Positions 17,386-28,760 are shown, numbered from the stretch's first letter. The stretch is DNA of 64,000 nt from Truepera sp. (GCA_965218435.1 CBDCKW010000009.1:2176001-2240000); one strand, 5' to 3'. Program-made: numbers and translations. The notes: generated by a model from the sequence alone, not told the origin.

Positions 17386-18591
17386 ATGATACGCTTTGCA
17401 CGCCTCATTTTATGGTCGGCTGTGCTTTTGGCTCTCAGCGTTGTCGGACTGGTCATTTTTCTCTGGATTCGGCATAGTCGCGCCGTTATATTGCCTACGC
17501 CAACCGGCCCCTACGGTGTTGGCAGAATGGAATACGACTGGGTAGACACATCACGTGTAGATACCTTCGCTGCGCCTGCTCGCCAGAAACGTAAACTGCC
17601 GGTTTGGATTTGGTATCCGGCTGACCCTTCAGCGAAGGGTGAACCTGCCCCGTATCTTCCACCCGCCTGGTTGCGGGCTCGAGCAGACAGAGACTTAGGC
17701 GCATTCCTGATGCAAAACCTCGCTGCCGTCTATCCCCACGCACACCATTATGTTTCTTTATCTGCACAGCAACGCCGGTATCCGGTTCTGGTCATGCAAC
17801 CCGGCTTGGGGCCACTCTTGGCTGACTACACCGCGTTAGCTGAAGAACTCGCCAGTCGCGGCTATATCGTAGTGGGCAGCACACCACCCTACAGCGCCAG
17901 TGTGGTTGTTTTTGGGGATGGACAGGTTGTGCGCGGCACGTCAGCGGGGAACGTCCCGGATACCGCCACGCCTACAGAAGCTAAACGTGTGCTTGGTCAA
18001 CTTATTAAAGTATGGGCTGCGGACGACCGGTTTATCTTCGACCAACTGACAAGGCTTAACCTAGCTTCTCCGAACACCATATTTACCGGTCGGCTGGATT
18101 TGCGAGCTATTGGCCTTTTAGGACACTCTTTCGGTGGGGCAACAGCAGCCGAAGTGTGCCACCTGGACGCGCGTTGCAAAGCTGGCGTTGACCTCGACGG
18201 GTACCCGTATGGTGACGTGGTGCAAACGGGCTTAAAGCAGCCGTTTATGTTTGTCTGGAGCGAGCCCGAGCCAGCGGACGCAGGCTGGCAGCAAGCTATG
18301 CGTGATGTACGGGCCATTTACACACGTCTGAAGCACGGCGGCTACCAACTTACCATTAGGGGTACAAGGCACTTCAACTTTTCTGATTACGCGCTGATGT
18401 TTTCACCCGTCCTAAAAATGCAAGGTGGGATGGGCACTATTGACGGGCAGCGAGGCTTGACGATCACCGAGGATTACGTGCGGGCATTTTTTGACACATA
18501 TCTTAAACACACCTATCTCAAACATCTGAAGGCTCCCCTGCTTACCGGGTCAGTCACCCGCTACCCCGAAGTTAAGCTCGAGTCCAGGTAG
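17386..18591 (+). CDS. Membrane-anchored alpha/beta hydrolase (PAF-acetylhydrolase-like)
   Basis: N-terminal TM segment, LPTPTGPYGVG, IWYPA, nucleophile motif GHSFGG, and HFNFSD. Confidence 0.88.
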   Translation: MIRFARLILWSAVLLALSVVGLVIFLWIRHSRAVILPTPTGPYGVGRMEYDWVDTSRVDTFAAPARQKRKLPVWIWYPADPSAKGEPAPYLPPAWLRARADRDLGAFLMQNLAAVYPHAHHYVSLSAQQRRYPVLVMQPGLGPLLADYTALAEELASRGYIVVGSTPPYSASVVVFGDGQVVRGTSAGNVPDTATPTEAKRVLGQLIKVWAADDRFIFDQLTRLNLASPNTIFTGRLDLRAIGLLGHSFGGATAAEVCHLDARCKAGVDLDGYPYGDVVQTGLKQPFMFVWSEPEPADAGWQQAMRDVRAIYTRLKHGGYQLTIRGTRHFNFSDYALMFSPVLKMQGGMGTIDGQRGLTITEDYVRAFFDTYLKHTYLKHLKAPLLTGSVTRYPEVKLESR

Positions 18592-18652
18592 TAGGTCGCA
18601 GCTCACACAGAACGAACAGCTACCCGACTTGGCGTTGCGGTACAGTCAGAGT

Positions 18653-19909
18653 GTGACCCGATCTACTGCTACTCAAGCTGACGCCGCCCTCGCCCACAGG
18701 CTCACCTGGGTACTCTTTACCGCCCAAGCCTTTGGCTCCGCCGGATTCATCGCCGCCGCGACGATTGCCTCGGTTGCTGGCGCTCAGCTGAGCGGCCGTG
18801 AAGCTTGGGCCGGAGTGCCGTCAGCTGCTTTTTTGCTCGGGTCGGCTTTGGCAGCGTACGTGTGGAGCGTAGTCATGGACGCGCTCGGACGGCGTACCGG
18901 GTTAGTTTTAGGGCTTTGGACGGGCGTCTTCGGTGCGCTGATCGCAGCGTGGGCACTCGTGCAGGGGTCGTTTGGCTTGCTGCTGGTGGGCTTACCGCTG
19001 ATGGGGAGCGCACAAGCGGCGCTGCAGCTAGGCCGCTTTGCCGCCGCTGAAGTCAGTCCGGTGGCGCTACGGGGACGCGCCATCTCGAACGTCGTGCTGG
19101 GCGGCACGGTCGGGGCTATTGTCGGGCCGCTGTTGGTCGGGCCGATGGGTGCGTGGAGCCTGCAGCTGGGTTTACCTGAACTGACCGGCGCTTACGCGGC
19201 AAGTGCCGGGATGTTCGTCTTAGCACTCGTTGTCGTCTTTGCGCTGCTGCGACCCGACCCTCGTGATGTAGGCCGCCGGCTTGCTCTTAACACACCTGAC
19301 ACGGAAGATACTAGAGCAGCGAGGCCGCTAGGCGTGATTTTACGGCAACCTGCGGTGATCGCTGCCATCTCAGCGATGGTTTTCGGGCAGGTGGTGATGG
19401 TCATGCTGATGGTGATTACAGCCTTGCACATGACCCATCACGGGCACGCCTTGACGAGCATTTCAGCGGTCATCTCGTCGCATACGCTCGGCATGTACGC
19501 CTTTTCGGTCTTGTCCGGCAGGCTGACCGACCGTTGGGGACGGGCACCGGTCATCTTGACGGGGGCCGGAACGCTGCTGCTTGCGTGCCTATTAGCGCCG
19601 CTTTCGCCGCAGGTGTTACCGCTGGCTGCGTCGCTCTTTCTCCTTGGCTTAGGCTGGAACTTTTGCTTTGTCGGGGGCTCGAGCCTCCTCTCCGACAACC
19701 TCTCACCGGCTGAACGCTCCCGGACGCAAGGCGTCAACGACCTGTTGTTGGGTCTCGCCTCGGCAACCGGCAGCCTCGGGAGTGGCGTTGTTTTTGCGAG
19801 CGTCGGCTACGCGGCGATGGGCTTGGTTGGAGCCACCGTTGCACTTTTACCGCTCTTTCTAACACTGTGGTGGTGGCGCTGCAGCCGTCCCCGACTGGCT
19901 GAGGCGTGA
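18653..19909 (+). CDS. MFS transporter
   Basis: 12 TM segments with MFS motif A (MDALGRR, LTDRWGR), plus RFAAAE and GLGWNF. Confidence 0.9.
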   Translation: MTRSTATQADAALAHRLTWVLFTAQAFGSAGFIAAATIASVAGAQLSGREAWAGVPSAAFLLGSALAAYVWSVVMDALGRRTGLVLGLWTGVFGALIAAWALVQGSFGLLLVGLPLMGSAQAALQLGRFAAAEVSPVALRGRAISNVVLGGTVGAIVGPLLVGPMGAWSLQLGLPELTGAYAASAGMFVLALVVVFALLRPDPRDVGRRLALNTPDTEDTRAARPLGVILRQPAVIAAISAMVFGQVVMVMLMVITALHMTHHGHALTSISAVISSHTLGMYAFSVLSGRLTDRWGRAPVILTGAGTLLLACLLAPLSPQVLPLAASLFLLGLGWNFCFVGGSSLLSDNLSPAERSRTQGVNDLLLGLASATGSLGSGVVFASVGYAAMGLVGATVALLPLFLTLWWWRCSRPRLAEA

Positions 19910-20616
19910 CGACGTTAGACTTGGGGACCTTCCTCTCTGAGTTTTTGTTAGCCGATCAGTTTACTGACGACCAGAACGGCTTTTATCGCGCGTCTCCTGA
20001 GGCCGAACAAAGAGAGATTAAAAAGCTGGGGTTGGCACTCGAGCCCTGGCCCGGTATCACCGACTGGCTAGCGCAAAACAAACTTGACGCCCTCTTTTTA
20101 CACCGTCCCTGGAAGCTGGGCCGAACGCCTAAAGGTGTCGGTGTACTGGCGTATCACTACGCGTTTGATGAACGTTTGACGACCGGGTATAACCCGCTCT
20201 TAGCTGAAGTCTTGGAGATGTCCGAGCCCGAGGTTTTAGGCCATAAAGACGGAAGGCCACTGGGCATGATCGGGAACGTGCCAAACGCATCTTTTACGGC
20301 GTTTCAAGCTCAGGTCGAAGCTGAGTTCGGCGGGCTCGAGGGTGTTTACGGCGCGAACACAGGCGAGGTGACGCGGGCGTGCGTCGTCGGGGCGATGCGT
20401 CCGGCCCTGATTTACGAAGCGGCGGAGCGGGGCGCACAGGTTTACCTGACGGGTCAGTACCGTAAGGGCGCGGCGCAAGCGGTGAGTGAAACCGGCGTGG
20501 GAGTGCTCGAGCTCGGTCACGAACGCAGCGAAGTCTGGGGGCTTAGGGCGCTGGCGCGGGTTCTAGAAGCGGAGTTCGGGCTCGAGGTCGTCTTACCCAC
20601 GCAAGCGCGTATTTGA
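19906..20616 (+). CDS. Nif3-like dinuclear metal centre protein
   Basis: LFLHRP, AYHYAFD, YLTGQ and LGHERSE.WGL. Confidence 0.82.
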   Translation: MTTLDLGTFLSEFLLADQFTDDQNGFYRASPEAEQREIKKLGLALEPWPGITDWLAQNKLDALFLHRPWKLGRTPKGVGVLAYHYAFDERLTTGYNPLLAEVLEMSEPEVLGHKDGRPLGMIGNVPNASFTAFQAQVEAEFGGLEGVYGANTGEVTRACVVGAMRPALIYEAAERGAQVYLTGQYRKGAAQAVSETGVGVLELGHERSEVWGLRALARVLEAEFGLEVVLPTQARI

Positions 20617-20695
20617 TCTCTACTGCTTACTCCTTACTTATAGAAAAGTACACAGCGCGACGCAAAAACTCGTATTCCGGGCGTAAACTCCCTTT

Positions 20696-21247
20696 ATGAC
20701 TCAAATCTCAAACCTCGAAGTAACGACGCTGGCAGGCGGCTGTTTTTGGTGCCTGGAGGCGGTATATCAGCAGCTCCCCGGCGTCGAGAAGATCGTCTCG
20801 GGTTATATGGGCGGCTCGCAAAAGAATCCGACTTACGAAGCGGTCTGCCGTGGTACCACCGGTCACGCCGAAGTCGTGCAGCTCACCTTCGATCCGAACA
20901 AAGTCAGCTTTGAAGAGATTTTAGGCGTGTTTTTTAGCATCCACAACCCCACCACGCTCAACCGGCAAGGTGCGGACGTCGGCACCCAGTACCGCTCGGC
21001 GATCTTTTATCATAACGATGAACAGCGTAAAACTGCCGAGGCGATGATCGCTCGGCTCGAGCAGGGCGACATCTGGACGGGTGTCGTGACTGAAGTTTTG
21101 CCCGAAGAAGCCTTTTACGAGGCCGAAGCGTATCACCAAAACTACTACCGGAACAACCCGTACCAGCCCTACTGTATGGCGATTGTCGCGCCGAAGGTCT
21201 CGAAGTTTCGCAAAAATTACCTGAGCCGGTTAGAGCACGCGAGCTAG
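20696..21247 (+). CDS. msrA: Peptide-methionine (S)-S-oxide reductase MsrA
   Basis: GGCFWCLE, TGHAEVVQ, RQGADVGTQYRS and AEAYHQNY. Confidence 0.97.
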   Translation: MTQISNLEVTTLAGGCFWCLEAVYQQLPGVEKIVSGYMGGSQKNPTYEAVCRGTTGHAEVVQLTFDPNKVSFEEILGVFFSIHNPTTLNRQGADVGTQYRSAIFYHNDEQRKTAEAMIARLEQGDIWTGVVTEVLPEEAFYEAEAYHQNYYRNNPYQPYCMAIVAPKVSKFRKNYLSRLEHAS

Positions 21248-21277
21248 CGTCATCTTAGCCTCTGCGCCACTTAATCC

Positions 21278-21313
21278 TAAGTGAGATAATAAGTGAGATA
21301 ATAAGTGAGATAA
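21278..21313. repeat. Perfect 3 x 12-bp tandem repeat TAAGTGAGATAA
   Basis: Read directly from the intergenic region after msrA. Confidence 0.95.
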
Positions 21314-21390
21314 ACCGGGCCACCACCTGAGCTGCCCTAGTAAACTCGAAGTTCAGGTGGCGGTTTTTCGCCGCTTCGACACTAGGTTTT

Positions 21391-21672
21391 GTGAGAGCAA
21401 GTGGAGGCGTTATCTTAAAACCCGTCGGCACCACCGCAGAACGTGCAGCGTGGTGGTCTCTCAAAATCAGCGAGATGGTGAGGCTCGAGTCCGGTCTCCG
21501 CGCCCGGATTCCTGCTGGAGCGGCGCTCTGCATCTTGCCCAACGACGACCCCGAAGTCGCGCGTCACAACTTGTTAGCGACTGAAGCGTACCCTGGCGAG
21601 ATTGTGCTGCTGATCGTCACCGGTGGGCCGGAACAGCCTGAAGTGATCGTCTGGCAAGACGACATGCTTTAG
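21391..21672 (+). CDS. Small hypothetical protein (start uncertain)
   Basis: Protein-like composition and codon usage; no family recognised. Confidence 0.5.
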   Translation: MRASGGVILKPVGTTAERAAWWSLKISEMVRLESGLRARIPAGAALCILPNDDPEVARHNLLATEAYPGEIVLLIVTGGPEQPEVIVWQDDML

Positions 21673-21897
21673 TGCCGAGCTTGGATTCTGCTAAGCTTCT
21701 GGTTGCAGGCGTTTGTTATAGGTCGTGGGTTACAGGGAAGAAGTAAGAATATAGGAGTCAGTAGTCAGAACACAGCATTTAGAAAGCAAAGAGCAACGTA
21801 GCCTAGTTCGTCCTAAAACCGAGACAAACGACACCTTAAGACACCCCAAAACTGACGCCGGACCTCCGGGTATGATGGGACATATCTGGAGGTTTTT

Positions 21898-23541
21898 ATG
21901 ACACACGCCGGTAAACCCGCCCCCGACGAACTCCTGGCTAACGTCCCCCGCCTCGTCGCGGCGTATTACACCACGCAACCCGACCCCGAAAATCCTGCCC
22001 AACGCGTCTCGTTCGGCACGTCTGGACACCGTGGTACGTCCCTTTCGGGAAGCTTTAACGAAGCGCATATCTTAGCGGTGACACAGGCCCTCTGCGAGTA
22101 CCGGCAGAGCGCAGGCGTGACCGGGCCACTGTTTGTCGGGATGGACACGCACGCGCTTTCTGAACCTGCGCTGATGAGCGCAACCGAGGTGCTTGCAGCC
22201 AACGGCGTGACGGTCATGCTCCAAGAAGGTCGTGGCTACACCCCGACCCCGGCTGTGTCACACGCGATTTTAGGGTATAACCGGGGACGCAAAGACGGCC
22301 TTGCGGACGGCGTGGTCATCACCCCGTCGCACAACCCACCTGAAGACGGCGGCTTTAAGTACAACCCGCCCTCCGGTGGTCCCGCCGATACGGACGTCAC
22401 CAAGCAGATTGAGACGCGGGCGAATGAACTGTTGCAGCGCGGGCTCGAGGATGTCAAACGCATCCCGTTTGAGCGGGCGCTAAAGGCCGACACCACGCAC
22501 ATGTTCGACTTTGTCAAGCCTTATGTAGACGATTTAGGGACCATCATTGATATGGACGCGGTGGCGAACGCAGGTCTTGACCTCGGTGTTGACCCGTTGG
22601 GCGGCGCGAGCGTTGGGTACTGGGAGCCGATTGCGGAGCGTTACGGGCTGGGCTTAAACGTCGTCAACCCGAGCGTTGATCCCAGATTTGCGTTTATGAG
22701 TGTGGATAAAGACGGCAAAATTCGGATGGACTGCTCGTCGCCCTACGCGATGGCCGGACTGATTGGGCTCAAGGACGACTTCGACCTCGCCTTTGGCAAC
22801 GACCCCGACGCCGACCGGCACGGCATCGTCACGAAAAGCAGCGGGCTCTTAAATCCGAACCACTACTTGTCGGTCGCGGTCAATTACCTCTTTCAAAACC
22901 GTCCGGGGTGGCGGAGTGACGCGGCGGTGGGCAAGACTTTGGTCTCGAGCTCGATGATTGACCGGGTGGCGGCTAGGCTCGGGAGGAAGCTCGAGGAAGT
23001 TCCCGTCGGGTTCAAGTACTTCGTCTCGGGCCTCCTCGACGGCGCTTACGGCTTCGGCGGCGAAGAGTCGGCGGGCGCGTCGTTTCTACGGCAAGACGGC
23101 ACCGTCTGGACGACCGACAAAGACGGCCTCATCATGGACCTCCTGGCTGCTGAAATTTTAGCCAAAACGGATCGCGACCCCGGCGAGCATTACCAGGACT
23201 TGGAAAACGAATTCGGCGCACCTGTCTACGCCCGCACCGACGCCCCAGCAAACGCTGAACAAAAAAAAGTTCTCGCCGACCTCTCCCCCGATCAGGTGAC
23301 AGCCGACACCCTGGCGGGCGACGCGATTACCGCCAAACTGACCCGCGCCCCGGCCAACGACGCCCCGATTGGCGGTCTCAAGGTCGTTACCGAGTCGGGT
23401 TGGTTCGCGGCGCGGCCTTCGGGAACCGAAGAGATTTACAAAATCTACGCCGAGTCGTTTAGGGGCGAAGCGCACCTTAAAGAGATTCAGAACGAGGCGC
23501 AAGACATCGTTCGGGGTGCGTTTGAGCAAGCTGGGTTATAA
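21898..23541 (+). CDS. pgm: Phosphoglucomutase (alpha-D-glucose-1,6-bisphosphate-dependent)
   Basis: [30 protein letters not shown] and RPSGTE. Confidence 0.97.
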   Translation: MTHAGKPAPDELLANVPRLVAAYYTTQPDPENPAQRVSFGTSGHRGTSLSGSFNEAHILAVTQALCEYRQSAGVTGPLFVGMDTHALSEPALMSATEVLAANGVTVMLQEGRGYTPTPAVSHAILGYNRGRKDGLADGVVITPSHNPPEDGGFKYNPPSGGPADTDVTKQIETRANELLQRGLEDVKRIPFERALKADTTHMFDFVKPYVDDLGTIIDMDAVANAGLDLGVDPLGGASVGYWEPIAERYGLGLNVVNPSVDPRFAFMSVDKDGKIRMDCSSPYAMAGLIGLKDDFDLAFGNDPDADRHGIVTKSSGLLNPNHYLSVAVNYLFQNRPGWRSDAAVGKTLVSSSMIDRVAARLGRKLEEVPVGFKYFVSGLLDGAYGFGGEESAGASFLRQDGTVWTTDKDGLIMDLLAAEILAKTDRDPGEHYQDLENEFGAPVYARTDAPANAEQKKVLADLSPDQVTADTLAGDAITAKLTRAPANDAPIGGLKVVTESGWFAARPSGTEEIYKIYAESFRGEAHLKEIQNEAQDIVRGAFEQAGL

Positions 23542-23626
23542 ACTTCGTTACGGCATATTAGGGTCTAACTTGTCACGATGAGACCCCAATTTGTTGGTAA
23601 GTGCTGCAAAGTGGCAGAATGGGGCT

Positions 23627-23818
23627 ATGCCAAACCGCGACGAGCTAAATACAGACGTTCCAAAAGAAAGCGTTACAAATGTAGAGATTCCCATCACCAA
23701 TACCGACGAGGACTTTCCTGATTCTTGGAACGACGAATCAGGGGACTATTCACATAATGAGCCGGAGGCCGAGCCACTCGCCGACCCGTCGCCACTGGAC
23801 CCCGGCCAACTGCTTTAA
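23627..23818 (+). CDS. Small acidic, probably disordered protein
   Basis: D/E/P-rich 63-aa ORF with a CAGAAT -10-like element 6 nt before the ATG. Confidence 0.5.
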   Translation: MPNRDELNTDVPKESVTNVEIPITNTDEDFPDSWNDESGDYSHNEPEAEPLADPSPLDPGQLL

Positions 23819-23876
23819 GGCGGGACATCTATGTTGGTCATCTTCTCTTTACGCCCGCTTGACGACCTCAACCCCG

Positions 23877-25706
23877 TTACGACCTAAGCTGCTGATCTAA
23901 AAAACTAACGATAGCGGGATAAGCCACCAGCTTATTGGCGAGCTTGACCAGGCCGTGCCCTTCGTCGCTAAAGACTAGAAACTCTGTTTCGACGCCTCTG
24001 GCCTCGAGCGCCCCCACCAGCTGCTCAGCTTCACCGAGCGGCACCCGTGGGTCGTTCGCGCCGTGGATGACCATCAGGGGTGCCTCGAGCTTACCGATGT
24101 GACTTAGCGGTGAGATGTCTTCTAAAAACGTCCGGTCTTCTGCCAGACTGCCGTACTCCGCCTCCCGGTGTGCGCGGCGGTAACCGCTGGTGTTTTCCAA
24201 AAACGTGACGAAGTTGCTGATGCCTACGATGTCAACACCTGCCGCGAACAGCTCGGGGTAGGTCGTGAGCGCCGAGAGCACCATAAAGCCGCCGTAAGAA
24301 CCGCCGTAAACAGCGATCCGGTCTTTTGCTACAGCCGGTTGCGACGCAAGCCACTGAGCCCCATAAGCAAGGTCGGCAACCGAGTCCATGCGCTTTTCCA
24401 CATCGTCGAGGTGGCTGTAGCGGTTGCCGTAACCTGTCGAGCCGCGCACGTTGGGGACGAGCACCGCGTAACCGTGTTGAACGAGGTACTGGGCGAGAAA
24501 GTTGAGGGTCGGGCGCGACTGTCCTTCAGGGCCGCCATGGACAATCATGACGGCGGGCATGGGCTCGGTTTGGGCTTTGGGTTGGTAAAACCAGGCAGGA
24601 ATGTCTCTCTCGTCGAAGGTAGGGTAGTGAACGAGTTCTGGCGCGGTAAACGTGGTGGGTAAGAGACCGCCATGTGAGGAACACGTCACTATCTGCAAGG
24701 TGTCCGGCTCGAGGTTCCAGACATAGATGTCACTCGTCCGGGTGGCACCGTAAAAAGAGAAGGTTAGACGTTTCGAGTCAGCAGAGAAACTGAGCCGCGC
24801 GTCGAGCATGGCCGCGACGCCTAGCGCGTCCGCCGGGTCGGGTGCGCTGTGAGTGGTCTCCGTCACGAGGTCGTAGCGGTAGAGCTTGCCTGCGCCGCCC
24901 TCGTTGACGACGTACGCCAGCGTGCGGCTGTCCGGGGCGAGAGTCGCGCAGTCAACGTCCCAATTCGGTTGTACGAGCGGTGTGAACTCACCGGTTTCCA
25001 GCTCGAGGCGTGCGAGGTACAAAAAGTCGGAGTCCGAATCGGTGATAACAATAAGCGACCGGCCTTCACCGGTGTAGGCGACGGCGCTGTAACGCGCCGC
25101 AGCTGAAGACAGCAGACGGGCCGTACCTGACACGGTGTCAAGCTCGAGCAACTCGCTGAAGGAAGAACTTTGCGCTCTACTCAGGGTTACACGTTTTCCG
25201 TCAGGAGCCAAGATGACATCTTGAAGGTAACCGGGTACGTCATTTTCCCAAAGCAGTTCGGCTGGCTTACCGGGTGTTTGGACGTACAGGTCAAAGAGCA
25301 CCTTGTCTCGGCGGTTGGCAGCGAAGAAGAAACAGCTACCGTCCGCCGACCAGCTGCCGAAGGCGTGCATCGCCCCCTCAAACCTTCCGGTAAGCCTCAC
25401 CTCTTCCCCGGTTGCAGGGGTCAGCAAAAAGAGCTGAGCGTTCTCACTGCCGCCTTCATCTCTAGCAAAAATCAGCTTCGGTTCGTCCGGTACAGGCGAG
25501 AGCCAGACCCCCTGGACGCGGTCAGCTCCGAAGGTGAGTTGGTCAGGCCAGAGCGGTTCACCCTTCCCGATAGGTAAGCCGACGCGCCAGACTTGCGGGA
25601 GTCCGGTTTGGGTGCCCAGAAACACGAGGGTTTGACCGTCAGGAGCTAGGTTTGGGGCGTAAGCCGCGCTGATGTTGAGAAATTGGGCGATAGAAGCGTC
25701 CATCAC
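23877..25706 (-). CDS. S9-family (prolyl oligopeptidase/acylaminoacyl) peptidase
   Basis: Beta-propeller region, HGGPE, and catalytic triad motifs GGSYGG, NDPRV and DEGHG. Confidence 0.93.
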   Translation of the reverse strand: MMDASIAQFLNISAAYAPNLAPDGQTLVFLGTQTGLPQVWRVGLPIGKGEPLWPDQLTFGADRVQGVWLSPVPDEPKLIFARDEGGSENAQLFLLTPATGEEVRLTGRFEGAMHAFGSWSADGSCFFFAANRRDKVLFDLYVQTPGKPAELLWENDVPGYLQDVILAPDGKRVTLSRAQSSSFSELLELDTVSGTARLLSSAAARYSAVAYTGEGRSLIVITDSDSDFLYLARLELETGEFTPLVQPNWDVDCATLAPDSRTLAYVVNEGGAGKLYRYDLVTETTHSAPDPADALGVAAMLDARLSFSADSKRLTFSFYGATRTSDIYVWNLEPDTLQIVTCSSHGGLLPTTFTAPELVHYPTFDERDIPAWFYQPKAQTEPMPAVMIVHGGPEGQSRPTLNFLAQYLVQHGYAVLVPNVRGSTGYGNRYSHLDDVEKRMDSVADLAYGAQWLASQPAVAKDRIAVYGGSYGGFMVLSALTTYPELFAAGVDIVGISNFVTFLENTSGYRRAHREAEYGSLAEDRTFLEDISPLSHIGKLEAPLMVIHGANDPRVPLGEAEQLVGALEARGVETEFLVFSDEGHGLVKLANKLVAYPAIVSFLDQQLRS

Positions 25707-25743
25707 CCATACTACGTCTTACCGAACAGCGAACTGAGCGACG

Positions 25744-26397
25744 CTAGCTCGAGGAGGGTTTCGTCAGCTTGGTCAGCTGCCACATTCCTGACGCGCGGGT
25801 GACGACCGGCGTGTGACCGGCGCTGGTCGCCGCCCGCAAGAGCTGTTCCGGGTCGTGCAGAAAAAAGCGGTACTCCTGACCGAAGAGCCGCATACTGAAC
25901 GCGCAGACTTTCTGGAGCAGCGGCATAAACCAGAACGGTCTTGGATAGGTAAAGGCGAGCGTCCCCCGGCTGCACTGCGCCGCTTTTGTGAGCAGCGCCG
26001 TGGCGTCGGGATAGCAGCACACCACCCGGTCGAGCACGACTACATCGGCGGGCGCGTAGCGGCGCTCCGAAACGGCGAAATCATCTTGATAAAAAGCCGA
26101 CTTTGCGTCAACCCCGGCGTGCGCCGCCACCTGCCGCGCCGCACGCAGATAAGCTGCCGAAATGTCGACAAAAGTGCCACGGCCCGCGCCCTTTCTCAGC
26201 AAAGTCGTACCCACCGCGCCGATGCCGCAGCCGATATCGAGCACCGTCGCGCCGGAAGTGAGAGGCTCGAGCTCCGCGATGATGCTCCGCTGACGCCGGT
26301 TCAGCCCTCGACGCTGGTAAGCTTGCAGTTCCTGACGTACTAGCCGCCCGGTAAACACTCGGTTGAGACCGTTAGGGTCACAACAGTCCATACCCAT
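25744..26397 (-). CDS. Class I SAM-dependent methyltransferase
   Basis: VLDIGCGIG and ADVVVLDRVVCCYPD. Confidence 0.88.
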   Translation of the reverse strand: MGMDCCDPNGLNRVFTGRLVRQELQAYQRRGLNRRQRSIIAELEPLTSGATVLDIGCGIGAVGTTLLRKGAGRGTFVDISAAYLRAARQVAAHAGVDAKSAFYQDDFAVSERRYAPADVVVLDRVVCCYPDATALLTKAAQCSRGTLAFTYPRPFWFMPLLQKVCAFSMRLFGQEYRFFLHDPEQLLRAATSAGHTPVVTRASGMWQLTKLTKPSSS

Positions 26398-26520
26398 AGT
26401 TTGTACCTGTAGTCCATACCCGTCAGCATAGGGCGCGGGACACAGCGCCGCAAGCTGTAGTTGACCAGCGTGTGGCCCGACAGCACCGAGCCGCGCGTCT
26501 AGCTCAACCCTAACTACCGG

Positions 26521-27441
26521 TCAAGGCAGCTTGTTGCCCGCCGCCAAGTAAACGCCGTACCACTCTTCGCGTGTAAGGTGAACGTCGCTCGCTCGGCAGC
26601 AGTCTTTCAGCCGCGTGAGGTTCATCGTGCCGGTAATCGGCTGCATCTTCGCCGGATGCCGTAACAGCCACGCCAGCGCCATCGTCGTATTGCTGACGCC
26701 GTAGTGCTCGGCTAGTTCGTCAATCTTCGCGTTGAGTTCCGGGAACTTGTCGCTGCCGAGAAACACCCCTTCAAAAAAGCCGTACTGAAAAGGCGACCAG
26801 GGCTGAATGGTGATTTTGTGTTTACGGCAGTAGTCGAGGATATAACCGTCGCGGTCAACGGCGGCGTCATTTTCCATGTTGACGTTAAAGCCGCTCGTAA
26901 TCATGGTGGCGTTGGTGATGCTCAGTTGGAGCTGATTGGCGACTAAAGGCTGCTCCACATAGTCTTTAAGCAAGTCGATCTGATGCGGATGCTGATTGCT
27001 GACGCCGAAATGCCGGACTTTACCGGCGCGTTCCAGTTCAGTAAAGGCCTCGGCTACTTCCTCAGGCTCTACCAGCGTGTCGGGGCGGTGTAAGAGCAGG
27101 ACGTCGAGATAGTCGGTTTTTAGGCGTTTAAGGCTGCCGTCAACCGACGCCAAGATGTGCTCTTTGGAAAAGTCGAACATCCCCGGCCGGATGCCGCACT
27201 TAGACTGGAGGATCACCTGTTCACGCACCTGAGCGTTCATGCCGAGAGCACCTGCAAAAATTTCCTCACAGGTACCGCCCCCGTAAACATCGGCGTGGTC
27301 GAAGAAGTTGGCACCTTCCTCGAGCGCCGTATGGACAAACCGTTCGGCCTCGGTTTTGTCCAGCGAATCAATCCGCATACACCCGACCGCCACGACCGGT
27401 ACGTCTAAATCACTTGTTCCCAGTTTGATCGTTCGCATCAT
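26521..27441 (-). CDS. Aldo/keto reductase (YcsN/YdhF-like)
   Basis: FFDHADVYG, SKCGI, LLHRPD, GVSN and PWSP, with SD AAGGAG. Confidence 0.92.
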   Translation of the reverse strand: MMRTIKLGTSDLDVPVVAVGCMRIDSLDKTEAERFVHTALEEGANFFDHADVYGGGTCEEIFAGALGMNAQVREQVILQSKCGIRPGMFDFSKEHILASVDGSLKRLKTDYLDVLLLHRPDTLVEPEEVAEAFTELERAGKVRHFGVSNQHPHQIDLLKDYVEQPLVANQLQLSITNATMITSGFNVNMENDAAVDRDGYILDYCRKHKITIQPWSPFQYGFFEGVFLGSDKFPELNAKIDELAEHYGVSNTTMALAWLLRHPAKMQPITGTMNLTRLKDCCRASDVHLTREEWYGVYLAAGNKLP

Positions 27442-27614
27442 CGTCTCCTTTTTTCCGTAAAAATTTGTACCGTAAAAAGCCCGGTGCCCTACCAAAGGGT
27501 TAAATCGTAGGTTGAGCTATCAGCAGCATACGGTTTCTTGCCAGAATACCGCGCCGGGTACCGCGTAAAACTCCAACAAATGCGACCCTGCAGCCTCGAG
27601 CCCCGCCCCACTAC

Positions 27615-28760
27615 CTACACCGCAACCGACCAACCAACCTCCGCGACAACTTTGGCATAATAGTCATCGTCTAATGCCAGACCAAACCCCGGACTCGGGG
27701 GCACCCGGACGTTTCCCTCTGAAATAGCATACCCGGACGCGCCTAAACCCTGAACCTGCCCTTCATCCCATTCGACAAACAAAAAGCCTTTGACCGAAGG
27801 GGCCAGGTGGCCGGAAACATAGTTACCGTAAGGGCCGCCATAATTGTGAGGGGCCGACTTGACCCCGGCCTCGTCCAGACGACGCCCCAGCTCTAACCAG
27901 CGGAGAAACCCGTAAGCCCGAATGTCGTACTGAAGCACGTCAATAAGGCCCTGTTCGGCCCAGCTAACGAGCAGCGGCGACGCCAAGCCTTCACCGTCGG
28001 CAATCATGACCTCGAGGTTTCGCTCGAGCAACCACGTTTTAAGCTCGCGGAAGAGCTCGGGGTCTTCATGAAAGGGCTCCTCGAGCCAGTAAACGTCAGC
28101 GTCTGCGGTCTCTTGCAGCACCCGTTTGGTCAGGTTGAGATTATAGCCGTTGTTGGCGTCAATCATGATGGGGGCTCGCCCTACGACGTCACGAACTCCC
28201 CGGATGACCGCAATGTCGCGCCTCGTCCCCGTCTCCAAGTCCATGTGCCTGGCCCCGCGCCCGATCTTGATCTTGAAAGCGCGGTGGCCCTGCGCCCAAC
28301 CTTCTCCGGCTTTAGACTGCAGCAGTGCGACCGCTTCGGCGTCGCTTTTTAGCTGCAGGTCGTCTATGAGGAGCGACGTGTCATAGCAAGGAACCTCGAG
28401 GGGTTTACCCAAAGTTTCAGGGGCAAACAGCGCGTAAACCGGCTTCCCGGCGACGCGCCCCCACCAGTCGAGCAAGGGAAACTCCAAACTTTCGTAGCCG
28501 CTGCGGAGCTGACCATCGGCAGCAAAGATGTCCTCAAGAGAACTTCCCACCATAGCTTTGGCGGAGTCGTAAGAACAGGTTGACCAGCCGAAGCCGGTGC
28601 TGCCTGCGGCGGTAAGCCTGACGAGACTTACCGCAAAAGTTTGACCGTGATTGCCCAGCCGCGCGTTGGAGCCCGCCACCCTGCGCCTCGTTCCCGGCAG
28701 AGGTGCCCACTCGAGCCGTTCGATACGCCCGCCTAACGGAGTTTGCGTCAACCATGTCAT
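27615..28760 (-). CDS. Mandelate racemase/muconate lactonizing enzyme family protein
   Basis: KIKIGRG, IMIDANNGY, WLEEPF, ADGE and HNY. Confidence 0.88.
   Translation of the reverse strand: MTWLTQTPLGGRIERLEWAPLPGTRRRVAGSNARLGNHGQTFAVSLVRLTAAGSTGFGWSTCSYDSAKAMVGSSLEDIFAADGQLRSGYESLEFPLLDWWGRVAGKPVYALFAPETLGKPLEVPCYDTSLLIDDLQLKSDAEAVALLQSKAGEGWAQGHRAFKIKIGRGARHMDLETGTRRDIAVIRGVRDVVGRAPIMIDANNGYNLNLTKRVLQETADADVYWLEEPFHEDPELFRELKTWLLERNLEVMIADGEGLASPLLVSWAEQGLIDVLQYDIRAYGFLRWLELGRRLDEAGVKSAPHNYGGPYGNYVSGHLAPSVKGFLFVEWDEGQVQGLGASGYAISEGNVRVPPSPGFGLALDDDYYAKVVAEVGWSVAV

Noticed and set aside
21278..21313. Repeats here and at 49671 as CRISPR arrays
   Set aside because: They are contiguous short tandem units with no spacers, and there are no cas genes.
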